From the IMG/VR virus record IMGVR_UViG_3300045988_111952: a stretch of 41,835 nt of DNA. The stretch is one strand, 5' to 3'. A program made the translations under genes and the position numbers. The notes under the pieces are model-generated. The model was given only the letters and a program-made list of their open reading frames with translations, did no database searches and was not told where the DNA came from. This document shows, one piece after another, positions 27,739-37,700 of this stretch. Positions within the stretch are counted from its first letter, which is position 1. Each line of letters opens with the position of its first letter. Source of the DNA: a virus.

Positions 27739-29589
27739 ATGGCTTTTGCGATACCTGAAATCCCGAGCCGGAGTGTTATTAAGCTGACGCAGTTTTACGG
27801 CGTGGATTTTACATCAAACCCGTTCAATGTAAGCGTAACGCAAAGCCCCTATGCGGAGAACATGATACGCAGTGAACCCGGCAAGGTGCGCAAGCGCATG
27901 GGCTATGAGACCATGTACAAATTTACCGGGAGAATCAACGGGCACTATGCGAGAAAGAAAGACAAATATGACCTGATCCACGCCGGGACCGGGCTGTATG
28001 TCATGAAGGACACGCCACAGCTTTTGTACAGCGGAATGAACGATGCGAAAAGCTATGCATGGCAGTTTGGCGACAACCTTTACATTGTGGACGGAAAAAA
28101 GTTCCTTGTCTATGACGGCACTACCGCGAAGCCGGTGGAAGATGCCGCTTATATCCCGACAGTGACGATTGCGAAAGCCCCGAACGGCGGCGGTAAGCAG
28201 TATGATGCACTGAACCTATTGCAGCCGAAATTCAAAGAAAAGTTCCTTGCGGACGGAACGAGCAAAGAATATCATTTAAGTTTTTCCGGGCTGGACGATG
28301 CCAATGTGACGGTGCGCCAGCTGCAGAAGGACGGCACATGGAAAGAAATCAGCGGTTTTACCTGCAACGCAGAAAAAGGCATTGTGAGCTTTACGACCGC
28401 GCCGGAAAAAAGCCCTGTTACCGGTGAGGATAACATTGAAATCGAAGCACGGCGCACGGTTAAGGGGTACGGGGACAGGATCAACAAGTGCTGCATCGGC
28501 GCGCGGTTTGGTGTAAACGGCGATGTAGACCGTTTGTTTTTGAGCGGGAACCCGGATTATATCAACTACGACTGGTACAGCCAGAAGGACGACCCGACTT
28601 ACTTCCCCGATACGGGGTACAGCGTTCTTGGCACAAACAAGAGCGCGGTAGTGGGGTATACCATCATCGAAAACCGATTGGCTGCCCACAAGGACGACTA
28701 CGAGCCTGACAGAAATATTATCCTGCGCAGCGGAAACTTAGTGGACAGTGAAGCGGCTTTCCCGATTTACAATACGATGAAAGGCCCCGGCGCGATTGCG
28801 AGAGACAGTTTTGCCTACCTGCAAAATGAACCGGTGTTTTTGACAAGCGCCGGTATCTATGCCATTGCGGCCAGCGACATCAACGCAGAGCGGTACAGTC
28901 AGGACAGAAGCTACTATCTGAACGGCAGGCTTTTGGACGAAAGCAATTTGAGCGACGCTTGCGCCTGCGTGTACAACGATATGTATTGGCTGTGCGTGAA
29001 CGGACATGCCTATGTGCTGGACGGACTGCAGAACCTTGGCTTGACAAAGAGTGAGCCGTATTCAAACCGGCAGTATGTTGGATTTTACTGCACAAACATT
29101 CCGGCGCGGCTGCTGTTTGTAAAAGATGGGGCGCTGTGGTTTGGCACGAATGACGGCAGAGTGTGCCGGTTTTTTACAGACGAGACACACTACCTTAGCT
29201 ACAGTGACGATGGAAAGGCCATTGCGGCAAGCTGGCAGACGCCGTATGTAAGCGGCAGTAACTTTTACAAGACCAAGACATTCAAGCATCTGGCGGTGCA
29301 GTTGGTAAACTCTGCATCGGCTGGCGTGCGGATCTCTGCCATTGTAAAGGGCGAGTGGAAGGCCATCAAGGAATTTCTGAACGGCGTGAGCTACTTTAGC
29401 TATTCACGCCTTTCGTACTCACATTTGTGCTATTCCAACGATACAAGCCCAAAGACATTCCACACAAAGCTGCGCATCAAGCGAGTGGACAAATGCAGTT
29501 TCCGGTTTGAGAATGACATGCTGCATGAATCCTTTGGCATTGTGCAGGCCAGTATCGAGTATGTAGAGGGCGGCAACTATAAGGGGTGA
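27739..29589 (+). CDS. Tail structural protein (nozzle/tubular-B-like, beta-rich)
   Basis: 616 aa, directly after the adaptor. Function from position only. Confidence 0.5.
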   Translation: MAFAIPEIPSRSVIKLTQFYGVDFTSNPFNVSVTQSPYAENMIRSEPGKVRKRMGYETMYKFTGRINGHYARKKDKYDLIHAGTGLYVMKDTPQLLYSGMNDAKSYAWQFGDNLYIVDGKKFLVYDGTTAKPVEDAAYIPTVTIAKAPNGGGKQYDALNLLQPKFKEKFLADGTSKEYHLSFSGLDDANVTVRQLQKDGTWKEISGFTCNAEKGIVSFTTAPEKSPVTGEDNIEIEARRTVKGYGDRINKCCIGARFGVNGDVDRLFLSGNPDYINYDWYSQKDDPTYFPDTGYSVLGTNKSAVVGYTIIENRLAAHKDDYEPDRNIILRSGNLVDSEAAFPIYNTMKGPGAIARDSFAYLQNEPVFLTSAGIYAIAASDINAERYSQDRSYYLNGRLLDESNLSDACACVYNDMYWLCVNGHAYVLDGLQNLGLTKSEPYSNRQYVGFYCTNIPARLLFVKDGALWFGTNDGRVCRFFTDETHYLSYSDDGKAIAASWQTPYVSGSNFYKTKTFKHLAVQLVNSASAGVRISAIVKGEWKAIKEFLNGVSYFSYSRLSYSHLCYSNDTSPKTFHTKLRIKRVDKCSFRFENDMLHESFGIVQASIEYVEGGNYKG

Positions 29590-29593
29590 TACC

Positions 29594-30616
29594 ATGAGAA
29601 AAATCACAGAGACCGACCTTGCCGGAAAAGGGAACCTTGGCAGGCCGGATATACCGGGCGTATCGACAGCAGAGATGCAGCGCATTTTAGACGAGCTTTC
29701 CCGTGAGGTCATTGTGCCTGCCTTTAACGAGCTTTCCGGGCAGGTGGAGACCGCTGTAAACGACCGATACACCAAAGAGGAAGCCGACAGAAAGCTGAAC
29801 GAAAAGGTGTTTGAAATCGGTGCCGGTGACATGGCAAAGTCGGTGTACGACCCGGGCAACAATGGGGTAAGCGTTACCGTGCAGCCGTGGAGCTGTACAA
29901 AGGCGGACACGGTTTATACCATGACCGGCGTTGGCTCTGTTGGCAGATGCAAAATACCTGCGGACTGGGTGAGCGGAGACACCTTCTCCGTAAATGGGAA
30001 TGTGGTGCCTGCCTACTGCGGCGCTGATACTGTGGACGGGGATACGATCGTTGCCGGGCGATGGGTTCTGTTTACCTATGACGGGAACCGGCTGGATTTT
30101 AACGGCGGCGGTGGTTTAAGCGCGTCCAAGCTGGCACAGGCCACCGCAACGCCGGGTGATGTGCTGGCAGGCAAAAGCTTTTACGCAACGGGCAAGACAC
30201 TTAAAGATGGGAGCATGCCGAATCGCGGCAACTGGGGAGCATCGATTGCCCCCGGTGGTGAGGTAACCATTCCCAACGGCTATCATGACGGAAGCGGGCG
30301 TGTGACAGCCAAGACCGCAACGCTGCGGAGAAAAGTTCTCGGGGACTTCAATACCAATCGTTATGAAGGCCCCTTTAGCGCAACTTTCAGCGTTACGGAT
30401 TTGCCCGGGTACAGGAACTTTACTACGGACAACTTTGCGTTTAGTTATGCATCTGTTACAGCAAACAGTCAGGATCAAAACACTGGCTTTTCGTATTCGC
30501 TGTCTTACAACCCTAATACCGGTATCGTGACCGTTACGAATAATTACAGCTATACGGGTACCCCGTACTTTCAGACATATGGAAAAGTCACTTGCGTTTG
30601 CTATTATGTCGAATAA
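29594..30616 (+). CDS. Tail fibre / receptor-binding protein
   Basis: ATPGDVLAGKSFYATGKTLKDGSMPNRGNWG...IPNGYHDGSGRV is a motif common in gut-phage tail fibres. Confidence 0.65.
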   Translation: MRKITETDLAGKGNLGRPDIPGVSTAEMQRILDELSREVIVPAFNELSGQVETAVNDRYTKEEADRKLNEKVFEIGAGDMAKSVYDPGNNGVSVTVQPWSCTKADTVYTMTGVGSVGRCKIPADWVSGDTFSVNGNVVPAYCGADTVDGDTIVAGRWVLFTYDGNRLDFNGGGGLSASKLAQATATPGDVLAGKSFYATGKTLKDGSMPNRGNWGASIAPGGEVTIPNGYHDGSGRVTAKTATLRRKVLGDFNTNRYEGPFSATFSVTDLPGYRNFTTDNFAFSYASVTANSQDQNTGFSYSLSYNPNTGIVTVTNNYSYTGTPYFQTYGKVTCVCYYVE

Positions 30617-30630
30617 AGGAGTTAGAGCTT

Positions 30631-32253
30631 ATGTTAGAAACTCTTATTCATGAAATAAGCCTTGCCGGGTACAAAGTCACTTCCGCCGGCGGCATGCTGG
30701 ATTTAGGCACATGGGGCAGCTACGGCATTGAAAAGCTGCACCTTACGCTGGACGCGGCATGGCAGGATTTGACCATTACGGCGTTTTTCAATGTGAAGGG
30801 CGAAGTTGTGGCAAAGAAGGTCGTGGGGAAGGACGGCTATGCAGATGTGCCGTGGGAAGCCACAAAGGAGAATACCTTTGCCGGGCGCATTGTGTTTGAG
30901 GGTAGCATAAACGGCCAGAGGCGTATTTCCGCAAACCTAAACTACAAGGTCACGAACCACAGCGAGATCACGGACAGCGACCCTGTGCCGACAGATGACC
31001 GCTGGAACCAGTTTGTAACCGAGAATAAGGAATACCGGGACGGTGCGTTTGAGGCCGCTGAAAGAGCCAACGCGCGCGCAGAGGACGCAGAAGCGGCCAG
31101 CGATGATGCGCAGGCTGCGGCAAGGGCTGCAAAGGCCAGTGAGAACGCCGCAAAGGCCAGTGAGAACGCCGCAAAGGCCAGTGAGAATGCAGCTGCGTCC
31201 AGTGAAGACAATGCAAGAATCAGTGCGGGCGCGGCAGCGGCAAGCAAGGGCAACGCGGCGGCGAGTGCAGACAAGGCAAAGGCCAGCAAAACCGCAGCCG
31301 CAGAGAGTGAAAAGGCCGCTGCAAAGAGCGCGGCAGATGCCGACAGCACTGCCAACAGCATCAAGGATTCCATGGCACAAATTTCCGAGAACAAGGAGGC
31401 GGTTAGTCAGCTAAAGGAAGATACTGCTGCGCTGAAGAAGCGCCAGAATGTGCTTGTTGGCAGTGAGACAGGCAACCCGGTAAGCTGCAATGACGCATAT
31501 TCCGCCCCACTGTGCGGCCTGACCGTGTACGGAAAGAGTACACAGGATGGCACGCCGACTCCGGATGCGCCTGTTCCGATTGTGAGCGCGGGAGATGGTG
31601 GCAGTGTGGTTGTCAAGGTGAGTGATGGAAACGGCAAGGAGCAAACTCTCACCCTGCAAACGCCTACCGGTCTGCCTGGCATCCCTGTCACGTCTGGCGG
31701 CAACTACACTGACCAAAACGGCCAGCAATGGATTTGCGACGAGGTGGACTTGGAGAGAGGGGTGAGGGTGCAGATGGTAACAACAATGGTTTTTTCTGAC
31801 AGCTCAGGTTTTGACGCAAGCTCGACCACTAACGGCATACGTTTTCTACGTGCAGTTAAAAATTTAAAAATAACTGATACAGATACTGCTGATGCAAATG
31901 CGTTTTGCTCCGCTTTAGCACTTGGAGCCAATGGTGGTACATGGCTTACACCTGATGTTTTTACGATCACCAAAACGGCCTTATACGTTAGATTTAAAAA
32001 CATCACATCTCTGGGCGAGTTACAGCAATATCTGCAACAAACGCCTATGTCACTAACCGCAATTCTCGCCACCCCCATAGAAACTCCGCTATTCCCTGCC
32101 GAAATTGCCGCCTACAAAGCCCTCACAGCTTACGCGCCCGACACCGTGGTGCAAGCGAGCGACGGCGCTGGCATCAAGCTGGACTACCAGCGGGACGTGA
32201 ATCTTGTCGTAAAAAATCTTGAGGACGCCATTGCGTCCATGACTACCACTTAA
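30631..32253 (+). CDS. Tail fibre/spike protein with an Ala-rich coiled-coil stalk
   Basis: AAGGAG RBS before the ATG at 30631. (AAKASEN)x3 and a long Ala/Ser/Lys stalk, then a beta-rich C-terminal domain. Confidence 0.65.
   Translation: MLETLIHEISLAGYKVTSAGGMLDLGTWGSYGIEKLHLTLDAAWQDLTITAFFNVKGEVVAKKVVGKDGYADVPWEATKENTFAGRIVFEGSINGQRRISANLNYKVTNHSEITDSDPVPTDDRWNQFVTENKEYRDGAFEAAERANARAEDAEAASDDAQAAARAAKASENAAKASENAAKASENAAASSEDNARISAGAAAASKGNAAASADKAKASKTAAAESEKAAAKSAADADSTANSIKDSMAQISENKEAVSQLKEDTAALKKRQNVLVGSETGNPVSCNDAYSAPLCGLTVYGKSTQDGTPTPDAPVPIVSAGDGGSVVVKVSDGNGKEQTLTLQTPTGLPGIPVTSGGNYTDQNGQQWICDEVDLERGVRVQMVTTMVFSDSSGFDASSTTNGIRFLRAVKNLKITDTDTADANAFCSALALGANGGTWLTPDVFTITKTALYVRFKNITSLGELQQYLQQTPMSLTAILATPIETPLFPAEIAAYKALTAYAPDTVVQASDGAGIKLDYQRDVNLVVKNLEDAIASMTTT
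31129..31191 (+). repeat. 3 x 21-bp tandem repeat (gcaaaggccagtgagaacgcc) encoding AKASENA
   Basis: Read directly from the sequence. Confidence 0.9.
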
Positions 32254-32267
32254 AGGAGATATACATT

Positions 32268-32507
32268 ATGGCTATCAAAAGTAAAGCACGGCACGACCTG
32301 ACCTTGCGCAGCATCAAGCGGGAAATTACTGCAGGCAGAGATGTGGCCTATTGGCTTGACAAGGCTTACAGTCATCTGGACAGCGGCCTGCTGACGGAGG
32401 ACGACATCACAGAAGTGGAGACTTTGGCACAGGCGTACTACGACGCTTTGGACGCTGAAGACAGCAAAACAGACGAGCCTACCGAGGATGCCGAAACAGT
32501 TAGTTAA
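32268..32507 (+). CDS. Small acidic hypothetical protein (79 aa)
   Basis: AAAGGAG RBS. Confidence 0.65.
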   Translation: MAIKSKARHDLTLRSIKREITAGRDVAYWLDKAYSHLDSGLLTEDDITEVETLAQAYYDALDAEDSKTDEPTEDAETVS

Positions 32508-32549
32508 AGAGGGCTTTAGCTGACTAACAAACAGAAAGGACTACAAACC

Positions 32550-33215
32550 ATGAGACTTTCAAACGGTGAGGTGCTGCTGCGCTGGCCTCTGGCCCAGCAC
32601 ATTATCACGCAGGGGTGGTACTACAACGATGGCAGCTTGCATCAGGCCATCGACCTGCGCACCCAGATTGACAACATGTATATCCGCCCGGTCTATGCCG
32701 CCGAGGACGGCACCGTGGATCAGGTGCAGGACTGGGACGGCCACACCCGGACGGGCATGCAGAGCTATGGAAACATGGTGCGCATCAGGCACGCGCCCTA
32801 CAAGGGTGGTGTGCTGCAGACGCGGTACGGGCACCTGAGCGGCTATTGCGTCAAGTACGGCCAGCAGGTGAAGGAGGGCGAGCTCATCGGCTTCAGCGGC
32901 ACTACCGGCAATGTGTTTGGCGCGCATCTGCATTTTGAAGTTATTCTGAACGGCAAGCGCACCAACCCGCTTGTGTGGCTGGACGGCGACTTTACCACGG
33001 CAAGCGGGCGGGTGTTTACATACCGCCCCGGCGAGCACGCTGTACAGCTGCCCGAGCAGGCCGCCAGCGGCGCACAGACGGCCCAGAACGGCACCGGCAA
33101 GCTGCAGGTCATTACGGTAGGGCCGGTCTCGCAGGGCGATGCAGACGCCGTCTTTGCCGTGTGCCAGAGCCGCGGCCTGACCGATGCCGGGCTGTATAAA
33201 AGCGAATGGGTCTGA
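32550..33215 (+). CDS. M23-family metallopeptidase (endolysin / tail-associated lysin)
   Basis: HQAIDL...YGNMVRIRH...GHLSGY...GTTGNVFGAHLHFEV is the LytM/M23 HxxxD + HxH signature. Confidence 0.9.
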   Translation: MRLSNGEVLLRWPLAQHIITQGWYYNDGSLHQAIDLRTQIDNMYIRPVYAAEDGTVDQVQDWDGHTRTGMQSYGNMVRIRHAPYKGGVLQTRYGHLSGYCVKYGQQVKEGELIGFSGTTGNVFGAHLHFEVILNGKRTNPLVWLDGDFTTASGRVFTYRPGEHAVQLPEQAASGAQTAQNGTGKLQVITVGPVSQGDADAVFAVCQSRGLTDAGLYKSEWV

Positions 33216-33225
33216 GGTGGTGCCA

Positions 33226-33573
33226 ATGGAGCATGTATTCTCGTTTACACTTGCGGAAGCTTGGGCGTTTTTGATTTACGCGGCGGGTGCTGCTGCCGGA
33301 CTGTATGCCGGGGGCGTGGCCATCAGCAAAGTCATCACCGCAGTAAAAAAGCCGAAGACCGACCAAGACAAACGCATTACCAAGCTTGAAGAGCGGGTGA
33401 ACGCTATGGAGGGATTCTTGAGAAACGACAAACAGCGGCTTGACCGCATGGACGAGGGGCAGCGCGTGACCATGCAGGCGCTGCTTGCCCTGCTTGACCA
33501 CAATCTGGATGGAAACAACATTGACCAGATGCAGAAAGCAAAGAAAGACTTGCAAAAGCATCTTATTGGGTGA
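33226..33573 (+). CDS. N-terminally anchored coiled-coil membrane protein (lysis accessory/holin-like)
   Basis: GAGGTG RBS. TM WAFLIYAAGAAAGLYAGGVAI followed by a coiled coil. Position in the lysis cassette. Confidence 0.55.
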   Translation: MEHVFSFTLAEAWAFLIYAAGAAAGLYAGGVAISKVITAVKKPKTDQDKRITKLEERVNAMEGFLRNDKQRLDRMDEGQRVTMQALLALLDHNLDGNNIDQMQKAKKDLQKHLIG

Positions 33574-33583
33574 GGTACTGCAG

Positions 33584-33766
33584 ATGAAAGACTTTTTGAA
33601 AAACATTGCTGCGCTTATCAAAGTCAAAACCATTGTGACGCTGGTTGTCGTTGCAGTGTTTGCGGCATTGGCGCTGCGGGAGAAATTACAGCCTGACACG
33701 GTCATGACCATTGTGACGATGGTTGTGGCCTTTTATTTTGGCACACAGAGCGAGAGGAAGGGGTGA
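33584..33766 (+). CDS. Putative holin (60 aa, two TM helices)
   Basis: GAGGT RBS. Two hydrophobic helices and a charged C-terminus, adjacent to the endolysin. Confidence 0.6.
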   Translation: MKDFLKNIAALIKVKTIVTLVVVAVFAALALREKLQPDTVMTIVTMVVAFYFGTQSERKG

Positions 33767-33772
33767 TTTAGT

Positions 33773-34615
33773 ATGCCGAGACCGATTATTGGTTCAACCA
33801 AAGATTACTATGTGAAGCCCGGCACGACCACAGCCACTAAGTTTGGCAACACGAACAAGGTATACACGACCACGAAACCGGCTGCAACGGCACCGACAAG
33901 CAACGCAGGCAGCCGCGGTAGCTACACTGTCGGCGGCTCCGGTGGCGGTTCTGGCGGCGGGAGCGCGGCGGCAAGCTACAGCGCACCGGCACAGAGCAGC
34001 GATTACACGAACAGCTATATCAGCCAGATGCAGAGCGCGATGCAGGCCGCGCAGCAGGCGGCGGCAGATGCACAGCGCAGGGCAGAAGAGCAGATGCGCG
34101 CGGCGCAGGAAGCACAGCGCAGAGCGCGTGAGGAAGCCTACCAGCGCAGTGCGGCACAGCAGAAAACCAACTACGAGTACGGGCGGGGCGAGCTGAACCG
34201 CGCCACAGACAACGCCTTGCAGCAGGCGTACATCAACAAGATGATGAGCGAGCGCAACCTTGCCCAACAGCTTGCGGCGCAGGGCCTGAACGGCGGTGCA
34301 AGCGAGACCACGACCGCCGGTATGCTTAACAACTACAACAACAGCCGCAACGCGCTGGAAACCGAGCGGCAGAACCAGCTGGCAAGCCTTGCGAACACCT
34401 TCCAGAACAACATGGCACAGCTGGAAAACCAGCGCGCCAGCGGCGATGCAGCGGATTTGAGCCAGTACCAGACGAACCTTGCGAGCCTGACAGCCAACAA
34501 CGCGAACAATCTTATCAGCCTGATGCAGGGTTACGCAAACATGGCAGCCAGCATGCCGCAGCTGCGCCAGAGATTCAACACGACCACCGGGCAGTGGGAG
34601 TACAGTTACGAGTGA
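33773..34615 (+). CDS. Gln/Ala/Asn-rich coiled-coil protein (possible internal virion/ejection protein)
   Basis: 280-aa ORF, low-complexity. Precedes the giant virion protein. Confidence 0.65.
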   Translation: MPRPIIGSTKDYYVKPGTTTATKFGNTNKVYTTTKPAATAPTSNAGSRGSYTVGGSGGGSGGGSAAASYSAPAQSSDYTNSYISQMQSAMQAAQQAAADAQRRAEEQMRAAQEAQRRAREEAYQRSAAQQKTNYEYGRGELNRATDNALQQAYINKMMSERNLAQQLAAQGLNGGASETTTAGMLNNYNNSRNALETERQNQLASLANTFQNNMAQLENQRASGDAADLSQYQTNLASLTANNANNLISLMQGYANMAASMPQLRQRFNTTTGQWEYSYE

Positions 34616-34644
34616 TATATTAAGAGGGCGGCTTCGTTGGCTTT

Positions 34645-34696
34645 GCCCTCATCCGCCGCTGCGGCGGCACCTTCCCCCGATGGGGAAGGCTTGGGG
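34645..34696 (+). repeat. Double-hairpin intergenic repeat, copy B
   Basis: gccctcatccgccgctgcggcggcaccttccccc-gat-ggggaaggcttgggg. Confidence 0.9.
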
Positions 34697-34714
34697 ATTT
34701 GGAGGTCTTGAGCT

Positions 34715-37700
34715 ATGGCGAAAGTGAACGGTCGTGAAGATGCGCTGCTGAATGCGTATTTGAACCGATACCAGACGGCGCAGGCCAGCAATGTCAGCAC
34801 TGGTCGCAGCACAACGAGGAAAGCACAGCAGCATGGCAGTGCCATCATGAACGCCACTGACAAGACGCTGCCTGTGCTGCATAACAGCTACACCGAGACG
34901 CTGAGCAACATTGTGCAGGGTGCAAACCTTGAAAACAGCCTGAACAACGATGTTTTGAACCGGCAAATGAAACTGGCGCAGGCAAAGTTTGACGCGGCAA
35001 ACGATTTGTACCAGCAGCAGCAAAAGGCGCAGCAGTATGCGGCGAAGAAAGCGGCGAAGGCTGCAAAATCCAGCGGTGGATCATCCGGCAATGGCGGCAG
35101 CACCACCGGCACGGGCAGCGACACGGAAAGTGCGGCATCGCTGGATGCGCTGTTCGGCGGCGGTGCAAGCACCAGCGGCACGACAGGCAGTACGGCCGGC
35201 AGCAAGCCGAAAGCAGAGGACACGGAAAAACCTAAGACAGAGAACGAAAAAGCAAAGGAAAAGAGCGCGCAGGAGAAGTATCTGGAAGCGAAGAAAGCAG
35301 GCGCGCGCACGACCGCTGCAAAGAGTTATGCCGAGCGAAGCGGAACAGGCCTTGTGAGCGCTGCACAGCCCGCCCAGAGCCGCGCTGTGACGCGAGGTGG
35401 GAAAGTTATCGGCAGCAGTTACGCCGCCGCAGGGAGTGTCCCCAGCGCGGCAGAGACGCAGGCTGCAAAGGACAAGCGCAACGACTACAAGAGCCGGCAG
35501 GAAGATATTGCCGCTGCACTTAAAAAGCTGCAGAGCGATGCTGATTACCGCGCCGAACTGGCCACTCCGGGACGCAAGCTGACGAGCGCCGAAGTGGCGG
35601 CGGTGGACCAGTACGAAAAAAGCACGAAGAATACCGGCTTTAGCGGCTTGAAGCGGGTATTTGAGACTGCCGCAAACAAAGAAAACCTGAGCCAAGAGGA
35701 CTACGCAGAAAAGACGGCTGCCATGAATGCCGAGCTGAACCAGAACAGCGCTTTGCGCGGAAAAGCGCAGATGAACGGTGCCGGGCAGACTGCGCAGGCC
35801 TTTACAGCCGGGCTGTATGACAGTGTGCCGTTTTTGACAAAGAGTGTGGACAAGCTGACGGGCATTGCAAATGCGACCGGTGCCGAGCTGCCGCAGCTTA
35901 GCAATGCGATCGAGGGCGCAAAGAGCTATGACCCTCTGGCGGCGGTTGCAGGCACTCTTGTCGGCAAGGGGATGCAGTACAAGCTGTTCAACACTGCTAT
36001 GGCGGGCACACCGCTTGCACAGGCGATGGGCAAGGCGGGCAATGCCGTTGTGGGGCAGGCACAAAAAATCCCTGTGTTGGGGGATGCACTGGGCGCGGGT
36101 GCCGGTGATGCACTGGGACGCATTTTGACCGACACGACCGCAGACCTTGCGCTGGACACCTTACCAACGCTGGCGGATGATTTGAGCACCTATTCTGCCC
36201 AGCAGGAGGCAATCGCCAATGGGCAGACGGTAGACGACGCCCTGACCCCCGGTAAAATTGCTGGGAACACAGCTAAAAACATTGCCTGGAACGTTGCCAT
36301 GAATGCACTGCCGGAGTTCGGCGGGGCGTTGTTCAACAGGCTGAAAGGCACGGCAGGGGATGCCGCGCAGGACGCTTTGAAGCAGGCGGACGATGCCGCG
36401 CAGGATGCTTTGAAACAAGCTGACAATGCCGTACATGACGCGCAGAACGCTGCACCGGGCACGAGCGCACTGCCAGTTGGCACGGCTAGCGCTGTCCAGA
36501 ACGTCGCAGAAGCCGCGCAGAACGTGCCGATTGCAGACACGACACCGAGTATGTCTGCCGCGCAGCAAGCCGCCAAGAGCGCCGCTGCGCCGCGCAGCAC
36601 GGGCACTGCGTATATGCCGGACAACACACCTGTAAATTACCGTTGGGCGGCTGTGGATGCCAATGACCTTGTGGCGAGCAATGACGCGCTTGGCAGTGCA
36701 AACCCGGCTTACCCGAGAGAGTACCAGAACCGAAACCGCGACAGTGCCGCCAGTATGCAGCAGATCACCCGCATGGCAAATGACTTGAACCCGGAACGGT
36801 TGACGGACAGTGCAAACATTGGTGACGGCAGCCCGGTTATCCGGGGCGACAACGTGGTATTAAGCGGCAACGGGCGGACAGCGGCTATTCAGACGGCGTA
36901 CCGTGACGGCAAGGCTGACAACTACCGCAATTATGTGCTGAACCATGCAGCGGAATACGGCATTGACCCGAGCACCTTGCCGGAGAATCCTGTTCTTGTG
37001 CGCGTGGCGGACGATAACACCGACATGCTGAAACTGGCACGCGGGGCGAACGAATCCACGACAGCCAGCTTTGGCGCGGCTGAAAACGCCGTGAATTACG
37101 GGCAGAAGGTGACAGCCAGCAGTGCCATGAGCCGTTATAACCCGGAAAAGTCTATTACAGACCCGGCGAACAACAGCGCCGTTGCAGGACTTTTGCGAGA
37201 TATTGTTCCCGAGAGCGAATATAACCGCATGGTCACGAAGGACGGCAAAGTTTCTTTGGACGGTTACAAGACGGCCAAAGACGCTATGTTTTCCGCCGCT
37301 TATGGCAACAGTGACCGCCTGCAGATTTTGGCGGAAGGCGGCGACGATTCCAGTCGGAATATCACCGCGGCGATGCGGGACAGTGCCGCCAACGCCATTA
37401 CGCTGAAACAGATGGTGCAGCGCGGGGAACTGCCGCAGGAATTTGATGTCGCAAACGATGTTTCCGGCGCAGCGGACTTGTATGCCTATGTGAAAAGTGG
37501 TAATATGGGGAAAAGCAAGACCGTTGCGGATTACATTGCCGGGCTGACCCATGGCGAGGATGGCAAGTTCTACGATGGTTTTGAGGAAGTACCCTATACT
37601 CCCATGAGTATGTACATTGCGGAGATCATGGAAGATAACCGCCGCAGCGGAAAACAGACGACGGAATTTCTGGACAATCTGTACGCAAGTGCCAAAGAGG